Shown here: positions 36,919-48,405 of the stretch, in pieces
Position numbering within the stretch: the first letter of the stretch is position 1
How the letters are laid out: the number at the start of each line of letters is the position of its first letter
Origin: Owenia fusiformis
Lineage: Eukaryota
NCBI GenBank assembly: GCA_903813345.2
Contig: CAIIXF020000001.1
Location: forward strand, 37,138,001-37,202,000
DNA length: 64,000 nt
Direction of reading: 5' to 3'
Notes under the pieces: model-generated
The model's database searches: none
Seen by the model: the letters and a program-made list of their open reading frames with translations, nothing else
What the model was told of the DNA's origin: nothing
Program-made: the position numbers and the translations under genes

Positions 36919-39810
36919 TTGGAATCATGTTCCCCAAAATTGGAACCTTGTAGTGATGACTTCCCATTATCGCCAGGTTTTGAATTATTTCCCAAAACAA
37001 TGGAACCTCGGAGTGACGCCACCTATATATCATCTACTACTCCAACAGATCCCCAAATAATGGCATCCGAGAGTGATGATGCCCCATTGTCAATCATCAG
37101 CAAAACAGGTAACCAAATAGTCGAACCTCAGAGTGACAATGTGCCGATATCAACAGCTACTGTAAAATAACCTCAGATAATGAATCCCATGAATGTCAAC
37201 GCCTCAATGTCACCATACACCGAAACAGGCCATCAAATAAAGGAACCCACTACTGATGGTCCCCAACTATTCCCACCCACAGAAAATGATCCCCAAGTGT
37301 CTCAACATACAAGAGCAGATTCCAAAACAATATCCAAGCAAGGTATATCAGTTTCCCCCAAAATAAAGCCGAGTGTGAGTGATACAAATACTTTCAATGA
37401 ATCAGACAATGAGCCACTTGCTAACCTGCTATATCATGATATAGAATCACCTTTAGATGACTCTTATAATGATTCAGACTACGCCCACCAAGGTATGACT
37501 CATCAGATTCATCATCAAATTCATCTGAGCTGATAGATATGGAGCTTTCAGATGAGGAAATTGAAGCCTACAAACCTCATCATGAACCAAGAACCAATAT
37601 GAAACGAAGGAAAATAGAACATCAGACAAAGACATACTCGATTAAAAGACACAAATGTGTCCGTACGCTGAAACAACCTAACAGCCCAGGCAGAACAGAC
37701 ATGGCCCAAGCTCTAAGAAGAAGCAGAGACGACGCTGAAAGGCATGATAAAATTGTTAATGCACATACAAATAATCTACATGGAGTTTGTTCCAGAAGGT
37801 GAATCTTATTCTAAAGTAGTACAAGACCTTAGATCATCCTGGACTGCACTAGCGGGTGATTTCCTTCCTTTAGCAGTAGCAAAGATGTTTCAAGTAAATC
37901 TCACTATATTCACCACAAAAAAAGATCAGCCAATTATAAACTTCTCCCCAAATATGGGAATTCAAACCTCATCTCCAATAAAGGGTCAATCTCCAGGATA
38001 CAATCTAACATATCTAGCAGTACCAGGCCATGGACATTATGATTTAAGTGTGCCTTTTCATGAGTCAACTGCATCATTCTCAAAGAAAAGTACCAAACCA
38101 AAAGAAAAACAACATGTTTCACCAACAAATGAAACGTTCATGGAGAACCAATCCGAGAAGATAGAAGTTATCCAAGATGACAAGGAAAGTACCAAACCAA
38201 CAGAAAAACAGCATCTTTCACCAACAAATGAAACGTTCATGGAGAACCAATCTGAGAGGGTAGAAGTTATCCAAGATGACAAGGAAAGTACCAAACCAAC
38301 AGAAAAACAGCATGTTTCACCAACAAATGAAACATTCATGGAGAACCAATCCGAGAAGATAGAAGTTATCCAAGATGACAAGGAAAGTACCAAACAAACA
38401 GAAAAACAGCATCTTTCACCAACAAATGAAACGTTCATGGAGAACCAATCTGAGAGGGTAGAAGTTATCCAAGATGACAAGGAAAGTACCAAACCAACAG
38501 AAAAACAGCATGTTTCACCAACAAATGAAACGTTCATGGAGAACCAATCTGAGAGGGTAGAAGTTATCCAAGATGACAAGGAAAGTACCAAACCAACAGA
38601 AAAACAGCATGTTTCATCAACAATTGAAACGTTCATGGAGAACCAATCTGAGAGGGTAGAAGTTATCCAAGATGACAAGGGTCAGAATCTCTCTGTTAAT
38701 TTAACACCAAGAAAGGGAGCTACTTACAGAAGTCCAAAGAAGAAAAAACTAACCAGGGCAAGGGCAAAGTCGAAGCCAGAAACCTGGAAACGAAATGTAA
38801 ACAAAGCTAATCGGCTAGCAGGACTCAAAGGGACAGAAAATAGATGAGAGGTCTGTCAAACCAATTGATTGTTCATCTTGTAGATATCACTGCAATGAGA
38901 AAATAAGTCAAAAATCAAGGGAATCAATATTCAGGGAATTTCGCTCAATGGATTCCAATAAACAACAAAAAGATTATATATGCTCCCTCATAATTCAGAA
39001 TCCAACAAAGAAAAACAAATGTGCCACATGTAAAGGCCAGTATAGTACAAGAAAGGCAAATTCGAGGGTGTACAGATTATACAATGGAGAAGGTCATCCT
39101 GAACGTGAATGTAAAGAGATGTTCCTGAGTACATGTCATTAACCATTTCCCACAAAACTGTTGACAACACCCTGCAGAACAAAGCATTTGGAAAATATGT
39201 TGGAACAGATAAAAGAGGAAAGAATGCGTCATATAACAAAACACCAGAAAAAAGCATCACTGATGTCAAGAATCATATTGAAGCATTTCCAAAGATGGCT
39301 TCACACTACACTAGAAAGGATTCTCATATCAGAAAAATGCACGAGTTATATGTTGAGAGATGCCGAATGAATGAAACAAATCCAGTGAGCGAACGTATGC
39401 ACAGAAAGATTTTCACAGAAAACTATAATCTTTCATTTTATAAACCAAAGAAAGATCAATGTCATATCTGCATGCACACTAATTTTGATCTCACTCAACC
39501 AGAACAAGGAGAGGAAAGCCATAAAAAATACAATAAACATATCCAACAAAAAGAACGAGCAAGGAAAGAAAAAACAGTAGATAAGGAACGAGCGAAAAAA
39601 GATTCTACTTTCCATGCCATGACATTTGACAGGGAAGCAGTTCTTGCTACACCATGTGGGAGAGTATCTCAAATCTTTTAAAAACGGAAGCTTGCTTCTT
39701 ACAACCTGTCTGTATATTCACTGGGGGAGGGAAGCTGTTACCTGTGGGACGAAACAAACGGACAGAGGGGCTCAAACGAAGTTGGGACTTGTCTGATCCA
39801 GTATATAAAT
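36919..39810 (+). pseudogene. Frameshifted, 3'-truncated Sola1-like transposase with OTU-like remnant and 33-aa repeats
   Basis: Fragments in several frames: PETWKRNV, HIEAFPKMASHYTR, NLSFYKPKKDQCHIC, TFDREAVLATP, KRKLASYNL, WDETNG.RGSNEVGTCL. They are colinear with the 984-aa ORF at 42340; the later catalytic motifs are missing. Confidence 0.85.
38089..38680 (+). repeat. Coding tandem repeat, 6 x 99 bp (33 aa STKPTEKQHVSPTNETFMENQSERVEVIQDDKE)
   Basis: Direct repeats with period 99 nt inside ORF 37744-38847. Confidence 0.95.
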
Positions 39811-41122
39811 ATATAAGCCTTAAACGTATACTAAAATTATATTTTGGTAATCATGATGATTGGTATACAGTTGGTATAGTATCATGAATGTCATAATCAC
39901 AGATAAAATGTCGCTACATACATATATACCTGTAGCACACAAAGATATAACATTGAGATAAATCGTGAAAATAGACAAAATGCACTACCTATTTAGTAAA
40001 AACAAGTTATTTTGTTTGTAAACGATGTGTTAATGTTAAATATGAAGTAGTTATCTTGCAGATGCAGTTACAGAACCATTCTATACAAAGCATGACACAA
40101 GAATTGATTTAAACATGTTCCCGCACCAAAGTTCTATAATGTTATGGAACCTTTCTGCATTGGTAACACAACATGAATATTCAAAATAGTCCCTGCATAA
40201 AAGTGCTATTAGTTACATAGAACCTTTTTGCACAAATATTTTTTCAAATTTTACACATCGCTGTTCAAGAGCCAAAGTGTTCTATGTCACTTTTTGGCCA
40301 AAATGAGATAAATGTGGATTCCCCCTAATTTGACGATGCTCTTTCCATCTAGCATGGTCTCAAGTGTGAAATATAGCTGTAAACATGTGATTTTCAGTAT
40401 TCAATTGTTCTATGTCTGGAAAAACAGTTATCCCAAATGAACTAAATTATCCTATGTCAAGATCTCAGAAAACTGTAAAAGTTGATTTGTTCTATCTCAT
40501 CCAGCCAATCAAAGATTGTGTTTTAGTCACATGACAGCTTAAGAATTTTACTCACATGGCAGCCATGACAGCAGAATTGATGAGTTTTGGTAAGGATATA
40601 CTTCATTTTAGACATTATGAGCTCTCATTAGTTAATAATTTGATAAATATGTATACTTCTGTTGACTTTCCTCTCACAAAAGTGTAAATTATACATATGT
40701 TTATGGTTTTTTTGAGTATTAAAGATGAATTTGGAGTTAGAACAATCTAACACTGCTCCAATGAACCATTCTATTACAGAAAAATCAATATAATAAGGTT
40801 TTATTTCTTATCCAATCTAGCTTTGAATGGACATTTTATATTTACAGTGACAATTATATGGAGGCAGAACTGAGAGTGCAAAAAGTAAGTCTTTGGAATG
40901 AATTTTCTTTTTGAATCTCACAAAAACACATTAAGACCTACTTGCTTGTAAATATGCAAATATTATTCTCACTGAACTAGGTTGGTGAAATATGCTGTCA
41001 TTGCCCATTTTAATACGTTTTGACAATTTCCTTGAATTCTTCATGTGGCAAATAAAACTTGAATATACTCAGTATTATGCAGATATCTTACTGTTTAAAA
41101 TATCTATACTGTTTTTTCCAGC

Positions 41123-42254
41123 ATGTTGGATCAGTTGCCGGCTGAAATAATCTGCCTGATTCTTGACTTTCTCAAAATAGAAGACCTCATTAAAGTTAGC
41201 AAGATAAACCAGCAATTCAAAACCATCATATCAAAATACCCTAACATAGGGTGGAAAAACATTTTTGTTCCTGAAACTATTGACAACGAAGAATTCGTAA
41301 CTTTGTGTGAACATTCAAAGCAATTTGAAGAATTTATTGTTAGTGGAGCAGTGGAACTAATGTTAATGTCACCAGAAGCTGACTTTTTCATATTTTCTGC
41401 CCTACAGTATAGCATTAATCTTCATATCCTTCAATTGGATGGGACAACAATATCGACACTGACATTCTTAAGATTCCTTCCCAATCTTGAGGTATTGTCG
41501 CTTTCCTATTGTCTTAATCTGGTATCAGAGGACATTATAGCACTACAATGGTGCCACAAGATAGAGCAGTTGTATGTTTCACATACTGCAATTGATGCAT
41601 TAGAATTGACGACAGTGTGCATGAAGGAAAAGTTCCCCAATTTATTCAGCGTGGAGGCACAGGGGATAGAGTTTACATATCTTCAAATCTGCCAACTACT
41701 AAATGCTGTAGTGAAACTTTCCTATTTTGGTTTGTCGCTTTTCCCAACCCTCCCTCTGAGAACCTTCAACTTGGCATTCAAAAACAGGTTAGTAATATAT
41801 CATTGTCAACCAGAAGTTTTAATTCGATAGCGTAAAGACTGTATTTGTTTTAATCTTCATAGCTTGTTTCTCAATAGCAACACAAGAATCATGACAATTT
41901 TTGATTAATTTGTTAAAACCAGTGTCACCAAAATTAAAGACTCTAAACAGTGATCAAAAGGGTACCTACCGTTGCAAAACAGGGGAGTGTAACAAATTGT
42001 CACCAAACTGGTGTAATTACAAAAAGGTATTGATTTGTTACAGACATTGACAATACTAACCTCAGCGGTGTCTAAAGATTCCATAACATACATAAAGTCA
42101 TGAAAGTAACAATATGTTCAAAAAATGTAATCACACAAAACATATAGCATTTGGACATATTGTTGGGATAATCTGTATCTATTGTTACAAACGATGATGT
42201 AGTAAATTGCTTTTTACTTGCAGGTACACAGATATTGTCTGGACAATTGTTTAA
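41123..42254 (+). CDS. F-box / leucine-rich-repeat protein carried by transposon B
   Basis: N-terminal F-box (LDQLPAEIICLILDFLKIEDLIKVSKINQQFKTI..W) followed by LRR-like units (LRFLPNLEVLSLSYCLNL). Likely exons 41123-41787 (AG|GTTAGT) and 42224-42254 (TTGCAG|G, ...RYTDIVWTIV*). The unspliced ORF ends at 41830. Confidence 0.8.
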
Positions 42255-42339
42255 CATGTTATATCAACGGCTCAAAGAGGCTAAAGTGTCTTGAATATTA
42301 TACTGATAGAAGATACTGATGTTCTGAGACAGTGACGAA

Positions 42340-45294
42340 ATGGAAGAGGAAACAGAAACATACAGTGACTTTGTTTTCCTCGTGAATACATCATTAGAAA
42401 CTGTATCAGATAGTAATTATTTTAACACAGACATGTATGATCATAACATTTACAATGACCTTGACATCAACAATAATAATAGCAAGGATATTAGTTGTGA
42501 TGCCTCTGAAAAAGAGTTGTATGGTGACAAGGGTATTAGTCACCTAAACATGAATACATATGATGTAAATGGTAGTGTTGATTTCAGCAATGGCAACGAA
42601 GCATCTCATGGTCCAAACCCAAATTGTACATCAAACAGCAAGGATTGTACTTTTTATGCCACTGAAAAAGAATTGCATGTTGATAAGGGTATTAGTCACC
42701 TAAACATGAATACATATGATGTAAATGGTAGTGTTGATTTCAGCAATGGCAACGAAGCATCTCATGGTCCAAACCCAAATTGTACATCAAACAGCAAGGA
42801 TTGTACTTTTTATGCCACTGAAAAAGAGTTGTATGTTGACAAGGGTATTAGTCACCTAAACATGAATACATATGATGTAAATGGTAGTGTTGATTTCAGC
42901 AATGGCAACGAAGCATCTCATGGTCCAAACCCAAATTGTACATCAAACAGCAAGGATTGTACTTTTTATGCCACTGAAAAAGAATTGCATGTTGATAAGG
43001 GTATTAGTAATCTTAGTACAAATGCATCTGATGTTAATGCTAATGTTGATTTCACTAATGCCAAAGAAACATGTAATGGTTGTAACTCAAATTGTGCATT
43101 GTCAAACAGCAAAGATAGTACTTGTGATACTACTGAAAAAGAGTTGAATGTTGATAAGGGTATTAGTCATCCTAATGTGAATACATTATCATCATCATGT
43201 GGTAATGTAGCAGATAACTTACAGAAGCCTAAAAAGCGAAAAAGTGATCCCACAAATTGGAAATGCAATGTTAGGAAACGACTGAGAGAATCTGGAAAAC
43301 AATACATTGATTATAAAGGTAGGAACATAGAGGAAAGAAGCATAAAGAACAGAAAGGACTGTCAAATAAAATGCAAATATAATTGTGCTGCCAATATCAA
43401 TGAGACTGACAGAAAAAAAGTAGCAGCACAATTTTGGCAACTGAGTTCACAAGAAAAATTGATGTTTTACAGCAAATCAACTAGAAGATTACTAAAGGAG
43501 GTGAAACGTACAAAGAAAAAGGAATCAAGACGTAAATATTCATACAAGTACTTCATTACTGTAAATGAGAGTACAATAAGAGTATGTAAACAGTTCTTCC
43601 TAGATACATTTGATATATCCCAACAAAGGATAAACTATTTTTATAGCAAACTGAGAAATGAAGGAGGGACAGGAGTACCTAAGAAGAAGTATAAAAATGT
43701 CAAAGCACATAACAAGTACTCTGATGATTCAATAGACAAAGTGGTAGAACACATAAATAGCTTTCCCAGAATTGAGAGTCATTATTGCAGAGAGGAGACA
43801 GCACGAGAATACTTGGACCCCTTCCTTAGCATAAAAAGGATGCATGATTTATATCTAGAAGATTTTGATAGAACATATGGTGAACCAGTGCAGTATCACA
43901 AATATGCTGAGGTGTTTAATACTCAGTTCAACATTTCATTCCAAATGCCAAAGAAAGATAGATGCGACATTTGTGAAATACACAAACTACAACAAATCTC
44001 TACTGACTATACTGACAACAGATATTTGTTACATGAGGCAAGAAAGCATGAAAGTAAAATAGAGCGAGATGAAGATAGAAATTGTTCCCTTGGAGATAAG
44101 GAAGGTGTGTTATGTTTTGATATGGAGAAGACTATTTTGTTACCCAAAGCTGAAATATCAAGTTTTTACTACAAGCGGAAACTAAATACTTACAATTTAA
44201 CATCACACTTGAAAACTAGAAAGGGACAAACCATTTCTTGTGCAGTTTGGGACGAGGGAAACGGAGGAAGGGATGCAAATGATGTAGCCCATGCTTGTAC
44301 CAGAATCATAACTACCACAAAAGAAGAAAATCCAAATTTAGAAAAACTAATAATGTGGAGTGATTCTTGTGTGCCGCAGAACAGAAACTCCGCAATGACG
44401 ATTGCACAAAAAGATACTATGATAAAGGAGGACATATCAGAAATTATACACAAATTCAGTTCTCCATGCCACACTCAAATTCAGGAAGTTGACAGTGCTC
44501 ACAGTAATATCGAAAGAGAGCTGAGAAGACATGAAATATTTAGCCCAGAATCTCTTCATACCGATGTGATAAAACACGCAAGTAGAACAAATCCTTTCAA
44601 AGTAATTGATGTTGGTACAGAATATATGCTAGATTATAAGAAAGCAGCAAAGGAGAACTTTCAGATGTCAGCAATTCCGTACACAAAGGTATGCCAATTA
44701 CGGTATACAAGAGATCGCCCATATCATGTGCATTACAAAACATCCTTTAGAGATGAAAAGGAAATAACTGTATGTATAATACCACAAACTCGGACCACAG
44801 AGACACCAACAAAGAGAAGAAAATGGCCATGCATTTCCAAAATAAAAAGAAGCACAAATGTCAGTGTTGAAAAAAGAAATGATTTAAAGAGCATGCTACA
44901 ATTTATGCCTGATAAAGACAGAAAGGCCATGAAAGAAGTGATAGCAAGATCTGCAGAAAAATTTAAAAGTAAGAAGAAGATTGAAAACCCAAGCACAAAT
45001 GAAAGGAAAATGAGCAGACAGCTTGGGATGGACAAGCACAGCGCTTCCAAGAAACTTTGCAGCAAAAGGGGGAGTAGCAGAGAAAACAAACAAAAGAAAA
45101 GGACAAAAAGGAGCTGCGTAGAGAGTGTAAAAAAGATGGGAAATTCAACAGAACAATCTAAAAGTAAGAAAAACAATGCAAACTCAAGCACAAATAAAAG
45201 GAAAGGGAGCAGACATCTTGGGATGGAAAAGCACAGCACTTCCAAGGAACCTTGCAGCAAAAGGGGGAGTAGCAGAGAAAACAAACAAAATTAA
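42340..45294 (+). CDS. Sola1-like DDD transposase, 984 aa, uninterrupted
   Basis: Motifs RVCKQFFLDT, HINSFPRIESHYCR, PKKDRCDIC, CFDMEK, YYKRKLNTYN, WDEG..GR.AND, WSDSCVPQNRN, HTQIQEVDSAHSNIE; flanked by TIRs and a 4-bp TSD. Superfamily assigned from motif recall and TSD length. Confidence 0.85.
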   Translation: MEEETETYSDFVFLVNTSLETVSDSNYFNTDMYDHNIYNDLDINNNNSKDISCDASEKELYGDKGISHLNMNTYDVNGSVDFSNGNEASHGPNPNCTSNSKDCTFYATEKELHVDKGISHLNMNTYDVNGSVDFSNGNEASHGPNPNCTSNSKDCTFYATEKELYVDKGISHLNMNTYDVNGSVDFSNGNEASHGPNPNCTSNSKDCTFYATEKELHVDKGISNLSTNASDVNANVDFTNAKETCNGCNSNCALSNSKDSTCDTTEKELNVDKGISHPNVNTLSSSCGNVADNLQKPKKRKSDPTNWKCNVRKRLRESGKQYIDYKGRNIEERSIKNRKDCQIKCKYNCAANINETDRKKVAAQFWQLSSQEKLMFYSKSTRRLLKEVKRTKKKESRRKYSYKYFITVNESTIRVCKQFFLDTFDISQQRINYFYSKLRNEGGTGVPKKKYKNVKAHNKYSDDSIDKVVEHINSFPRIESHYCREETAREYLDPFLSIKRMHDLYLEDFDRTYGEPVQYHKYAEVFNTQFNISFQMPKKDRCDICEIHKLQQISTDYTDNRYLLHEARKHESKIERDEDRNCSLGDKEGVLCFDMEKTILLPKAEISSFYYKRKLNTYNLTSHLKTRKGQTISCAVWDEGNGGRDANDVAHACTRIITTTKEENPNLEKLIMWSDSCVPQNRNSAMTIAQKDTMIKEDISEIIHKFSSPCHTQIQEVDSAHSNIERELRRHEIFSPESLHTDVIKHASRTNPFKVIDVGTEYMLDYKKAAKENFQMSAIPYTKVCQLRYTRDRPYHVHYKTSFRDEKEITVCIIPQTRTTETPTKRRKWPCISKIKRSTNVSVEKRNDLKSMLQFMPDKDRKAMKEVIARSAEKFKSKKKIENPSTNERKMSRQLGMDKHSASKKLCSKRGSSRENKQKKRTKRSCVESVKKMGNSTEQSKSKKNNANSSTNKRKGSRHLGMEKHSTSKEPCSKRGSSRENKQN
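42478..43170 (+). repeat. Coding tandem repeat, ~4.5 x 156 bp (52 aa) in the transposase N-terminus
   Basis: KGISHLNMNTYDVNGSVDFSNGNEASHGPNPNCTSNSKDCTFYATEKELHVD; period 156 nt (42529, 42685, 42841, 42997). Confidence 0.95.
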
Positions 45295-46929
45295 AAAAAG
45301 AGTGTAGAAAGATGAGTGATTTAACAGAACTGAACGTACCACACAGAGATTTTGATCTTAAAACATAGAATGACATCTACAAGAAGAATTAACTTGTAAT
45401 TTACTTAATTTTTTTTATAAAAAATTACTTGTACAACATAGTGTTAATTAAGTGTGATATAACGTACCAAAAGAGATCTTTAACTTAGGACATAAAATGA
45501 AAACAACAAAAAAATTACTTGTAATTTACTTAATTTAAAAAAACTTTACTTGTAAGACATAAAAATGACATAGCTGGAGTAGTTGATGAAGTCTCAGATA
45601 TTGATAATGATATCTTAAAGTCTTCTAATTAATGATATCTTTTATTTTTCAACATTAAGTCTAATATCTATATGTGTTTTTTTCTCAGAGTACTGTTTAT
45701 TTTGTATTTTAGATTGTAATTTTACGTAACTGTGGGAACGAAATTATTGATAAAAGTAAAAGTAGGAAAAAGTTACAAGAAAAAACAATGAAAACTCAAG
45801 CATAAATGAAAGGAAAATGAGCAAACAGCTTGGGATGGACAATCGCGTCAAAGGAACTTTGCAGCAAACGAGGGAGTAGCAGAGAAAACAAAAAAGTAAA
45901 AGACAAAAGAGGCTGCAAAGAAAGTGTAGAAAAATTAGTGATTTAATAGAAATGAATGTACCAAACAGAGATGTTTAACTTAGAACATAAAATGACAACT
46001 ACAAGAAGACATAATTTTAATTTAGTGTGATAATATAAGTAACTGAGCAATAAAAATGACAAGTTACTGATGTAATTGATGATGTCCCAGATAATGATAT
46101 TTTATATATAAAATGATATCTTTTATTTTTGTATTTTAGATTGTAATTTTACATTGTCTGGACCAAATTATGGTGCCATAAAATAAAAGTAAATAAATAT
46201 AAAAACCAAACTGTTCAAATTGTGTAATTGTTCTATCTCAATTCACATTTGTCCTAAGTCAGCTTTTCTAAAAAAAAATGACTCAAATTGTTCTATCTCC
46301 ACTTGTCATGTTTTTAAAAAACATACTTAAACTAATCAAATAAACCCCATTTTTTGCAATATCAGAGATCATATTAATATAAATCAGTTGTAGAAACATC
46401 AAAAAGCTGGGTTTCATACAAAAAAAGTTATTAAGTATCAAACTTTAAAACTTGATTTCCCAAAAGTCATGTTTTTTGAAATAGAACACTTTGGCTCTTG
46501 AACAGCGACATGCAAAAAGGTTCTATTTACAAAAATGAGTGTAATTAAAAAAACCATTAATGGGAAAGCTTAACTATAAGTTGTACAGATAGACCTTATC
46601 CTGAGTAATGTTATCCTTGAATATCAATGAAATTGAGATGAACCCTGATTTATGAGAATGTTTCAAATTTTTAAAGTTGATTTTCTCAAAAGTAACATTT
46701 TGTGAGATAGAACCTTTTTGCATGAAACCCTCGACTTAATAATGAGTTTTTTTTTACATTTCACGTTCTTAATGAGTTAAAGGAAGTTATTCTCCCTTTG
46801 CTTTAGAGATAAATAGTCACATGAATTTGTTAAAAAAAATTATAACTTAATTTAACCCCCTCCTGACAGCCCCCATATTTGAAGATTTTGGTGAAACCTG
46901 GCAAAATACATTAATTATTAGGTTCCAGA

Positions 46930-48405
46930 AGCCCCCAGAAGCTATATGATGGCCCCCAGTGGCCCCAAAAATCTATACAGGGGCCCCAAGTGGCCCCCAG
47001 AAGGTATATGATGGCCCCCAGAAGCTATACAAGGGCCCACAGAAACTATACTGTGGTCTCCAGAAGCTATATGGTGGCCCCTCAGTGGCCCTCAGAAGCT
47101 ATATGATGGCCCCCAGAAGCTAATTAGTGGCCCCCAGGAGCTATATGGTGGCACCCAGAAGCTATACAGGGAACCCCAGTGGCCCCAAGAAGCTATACGA
47201 TGGCCCCCAGAAGCTATACAGTAGCCCCCAGAAGCTACACGATGGCCCCCAGAATCTATATGATGGCCCCCAATGGCTCCCAGAAGCTATACAGGGCCCC
47301 CAGTAGCCCCTAGAAGCTATACGATGGCCACCAAAGCTATATGGTGGCCCATTGGGGGACACTGTATAGCTTCTGGAGGCCATCGTATAGCTTATGGGGG
47401 CTACCGTATAGTTTCTGCGGGCCCTTGCATAGCTTCTGGGGGCCATCTTATAGCTTCTGGGAGCCACTGGGGGCCCCTGTATAGCTTCTGGGGGCTACAG
47501 TACAGTTTCTGCAGGCCCTTGCATAGCTTCTGGGGGCCATCGTATAGCTTCTGGGAGCCACTGTGGGCCCCTGTATAGCTTCTGGGGGCCGCTATATAGC
47601 TTTCGGGGCCACTGATGGCCACCATATAGCTTCTAGGGGCTACTGGGGGGCCCTTTATAGCTTCTGGGAGCCATTGGGGGCCACCATATAGATTCTGGGG
47701 GCCATTGTGTAGCTTCTGGGAACCACCATGTAGCTCCTGAGTGTCACTATTTAGCTTCTGGGGGCCATCATATAGCCTATGAGGGCCACTGGGGGCCACC
47801 GTATAGCTTCTAGGGGCTACTGGGGGCCCTTCACATCTTCTGGGAGCCATTGGGGGCCATCATATAGATTCTTGGGGCCATCATGTAGCTTTTTGGGGCT
47901 CCTGTATAGCTTCTGGGGGCCATCGTTTAGCTTCTGGGGGCCACTGGGGTCCCCTGTATAGCTTCTGGGAGCCACCGTATAGCTCCTGGGGGCCACTAAT
48001 TAGCTTCTGGAGGCCATCATATAGCTTCTGAGGGCTACTGGGGTCCACCATATAGCTTCTGAAGACCATAGTATAGTTTCTGGGGGCCCTTGTATAGCTT
48101 CTGGGGGCCATAGTATAGCTTCTGGGGGCCCCCGTGTAGCTTCTCGGGGCCCCCGTATAATTTTTTGGGGCCACTGGGGGCCCCTGTATAGCTTCTGGGC
48201 GCCACCGTATAGCTCCTGGGGCCCACAGGGTTTCCTGTATAGCTTCTGGGAGCCACCGTATAGCTCCTGGGGGCCACTATTCAGCTTCTGGGGGCCAACA
48301 TATAGCTTCTGGGGAGCACAGTATAGCTTCTGGGGGCCACTTGGGGCCCCTGTATAGATTCTTAGGGCCACTGGGGGCCATCATATAGCTTCTGGGGGCT
48401 TGTGG
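46930..48405. repeat. GC-rich minisatellite (GGCCCCCAGAAGCTATA(C/T)-based ~21/32 bp units) forming the centre of the foldback element
   Basis: Units are in + orientation up to ~47350, then reverse-complement (TATAGCTTCTGGGGGCC) to ~48405. Confidence 0.92.

Larger units (their letters stand above)
40259..46507 (+). mobile_element. Sola1-like DNA transposon B (6.25 kb, apparently intact/autonomous) with F-box cargo
   Basis: 27-bp perfect TIR CGCTGTTCAAGAGCCAAAGTGTTCTAT; 4-bp TSD ACAT (40255-40258, 46508-46511); contains an F-box/LRR gene and a full transposase ORF. Confidence 0.9.
36201..46733 (+). mobile_element. Sola1-like DNA transposon A (decayed)
   Basis: 22-bp perfect TIR CGAGGGTTTCATGCAAAAAGGT; 4-bp TSD ACTT (36197-36200, 46734-46737); the host arm is restored on removal; repeated subterminal motif GCAAAAAGGTTCTAT. 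Confidence 0.88.

Noticed and set aside
38058..38678. 206-aa minus-strand repetitive ORF
   Set aside because: Antisense shadow of the 99-bp coding repeat.
40858..40884. Coding upstream exon (MEAELRVQK) for the F-box gene
   Set aside because: Splicing to the acceptor at 41121 puts it out of frame with the F-box ATG; at most a 5' UTR exon or uORF.
44733..45284. 183-aa hydrophobic minus-strand ORF that looks like a membrane protein
   Set aside because: Antisense of the A-rich, Lys-rich transposase C-terminus.
47162..48371. Several 60-150 aa ORFs with repetitive APRSY/GPQKLY peptides
   Set aside because: They are translations of the minisatellite in multiple frames on both strands, with no evidence of a real gene.
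46930..48405. CRISPR-like appearance of short regularly spaced repeats
   Set aside because: No unique spacers, eukaryotic context and no cas genes; this is a degenerate minisatellite.
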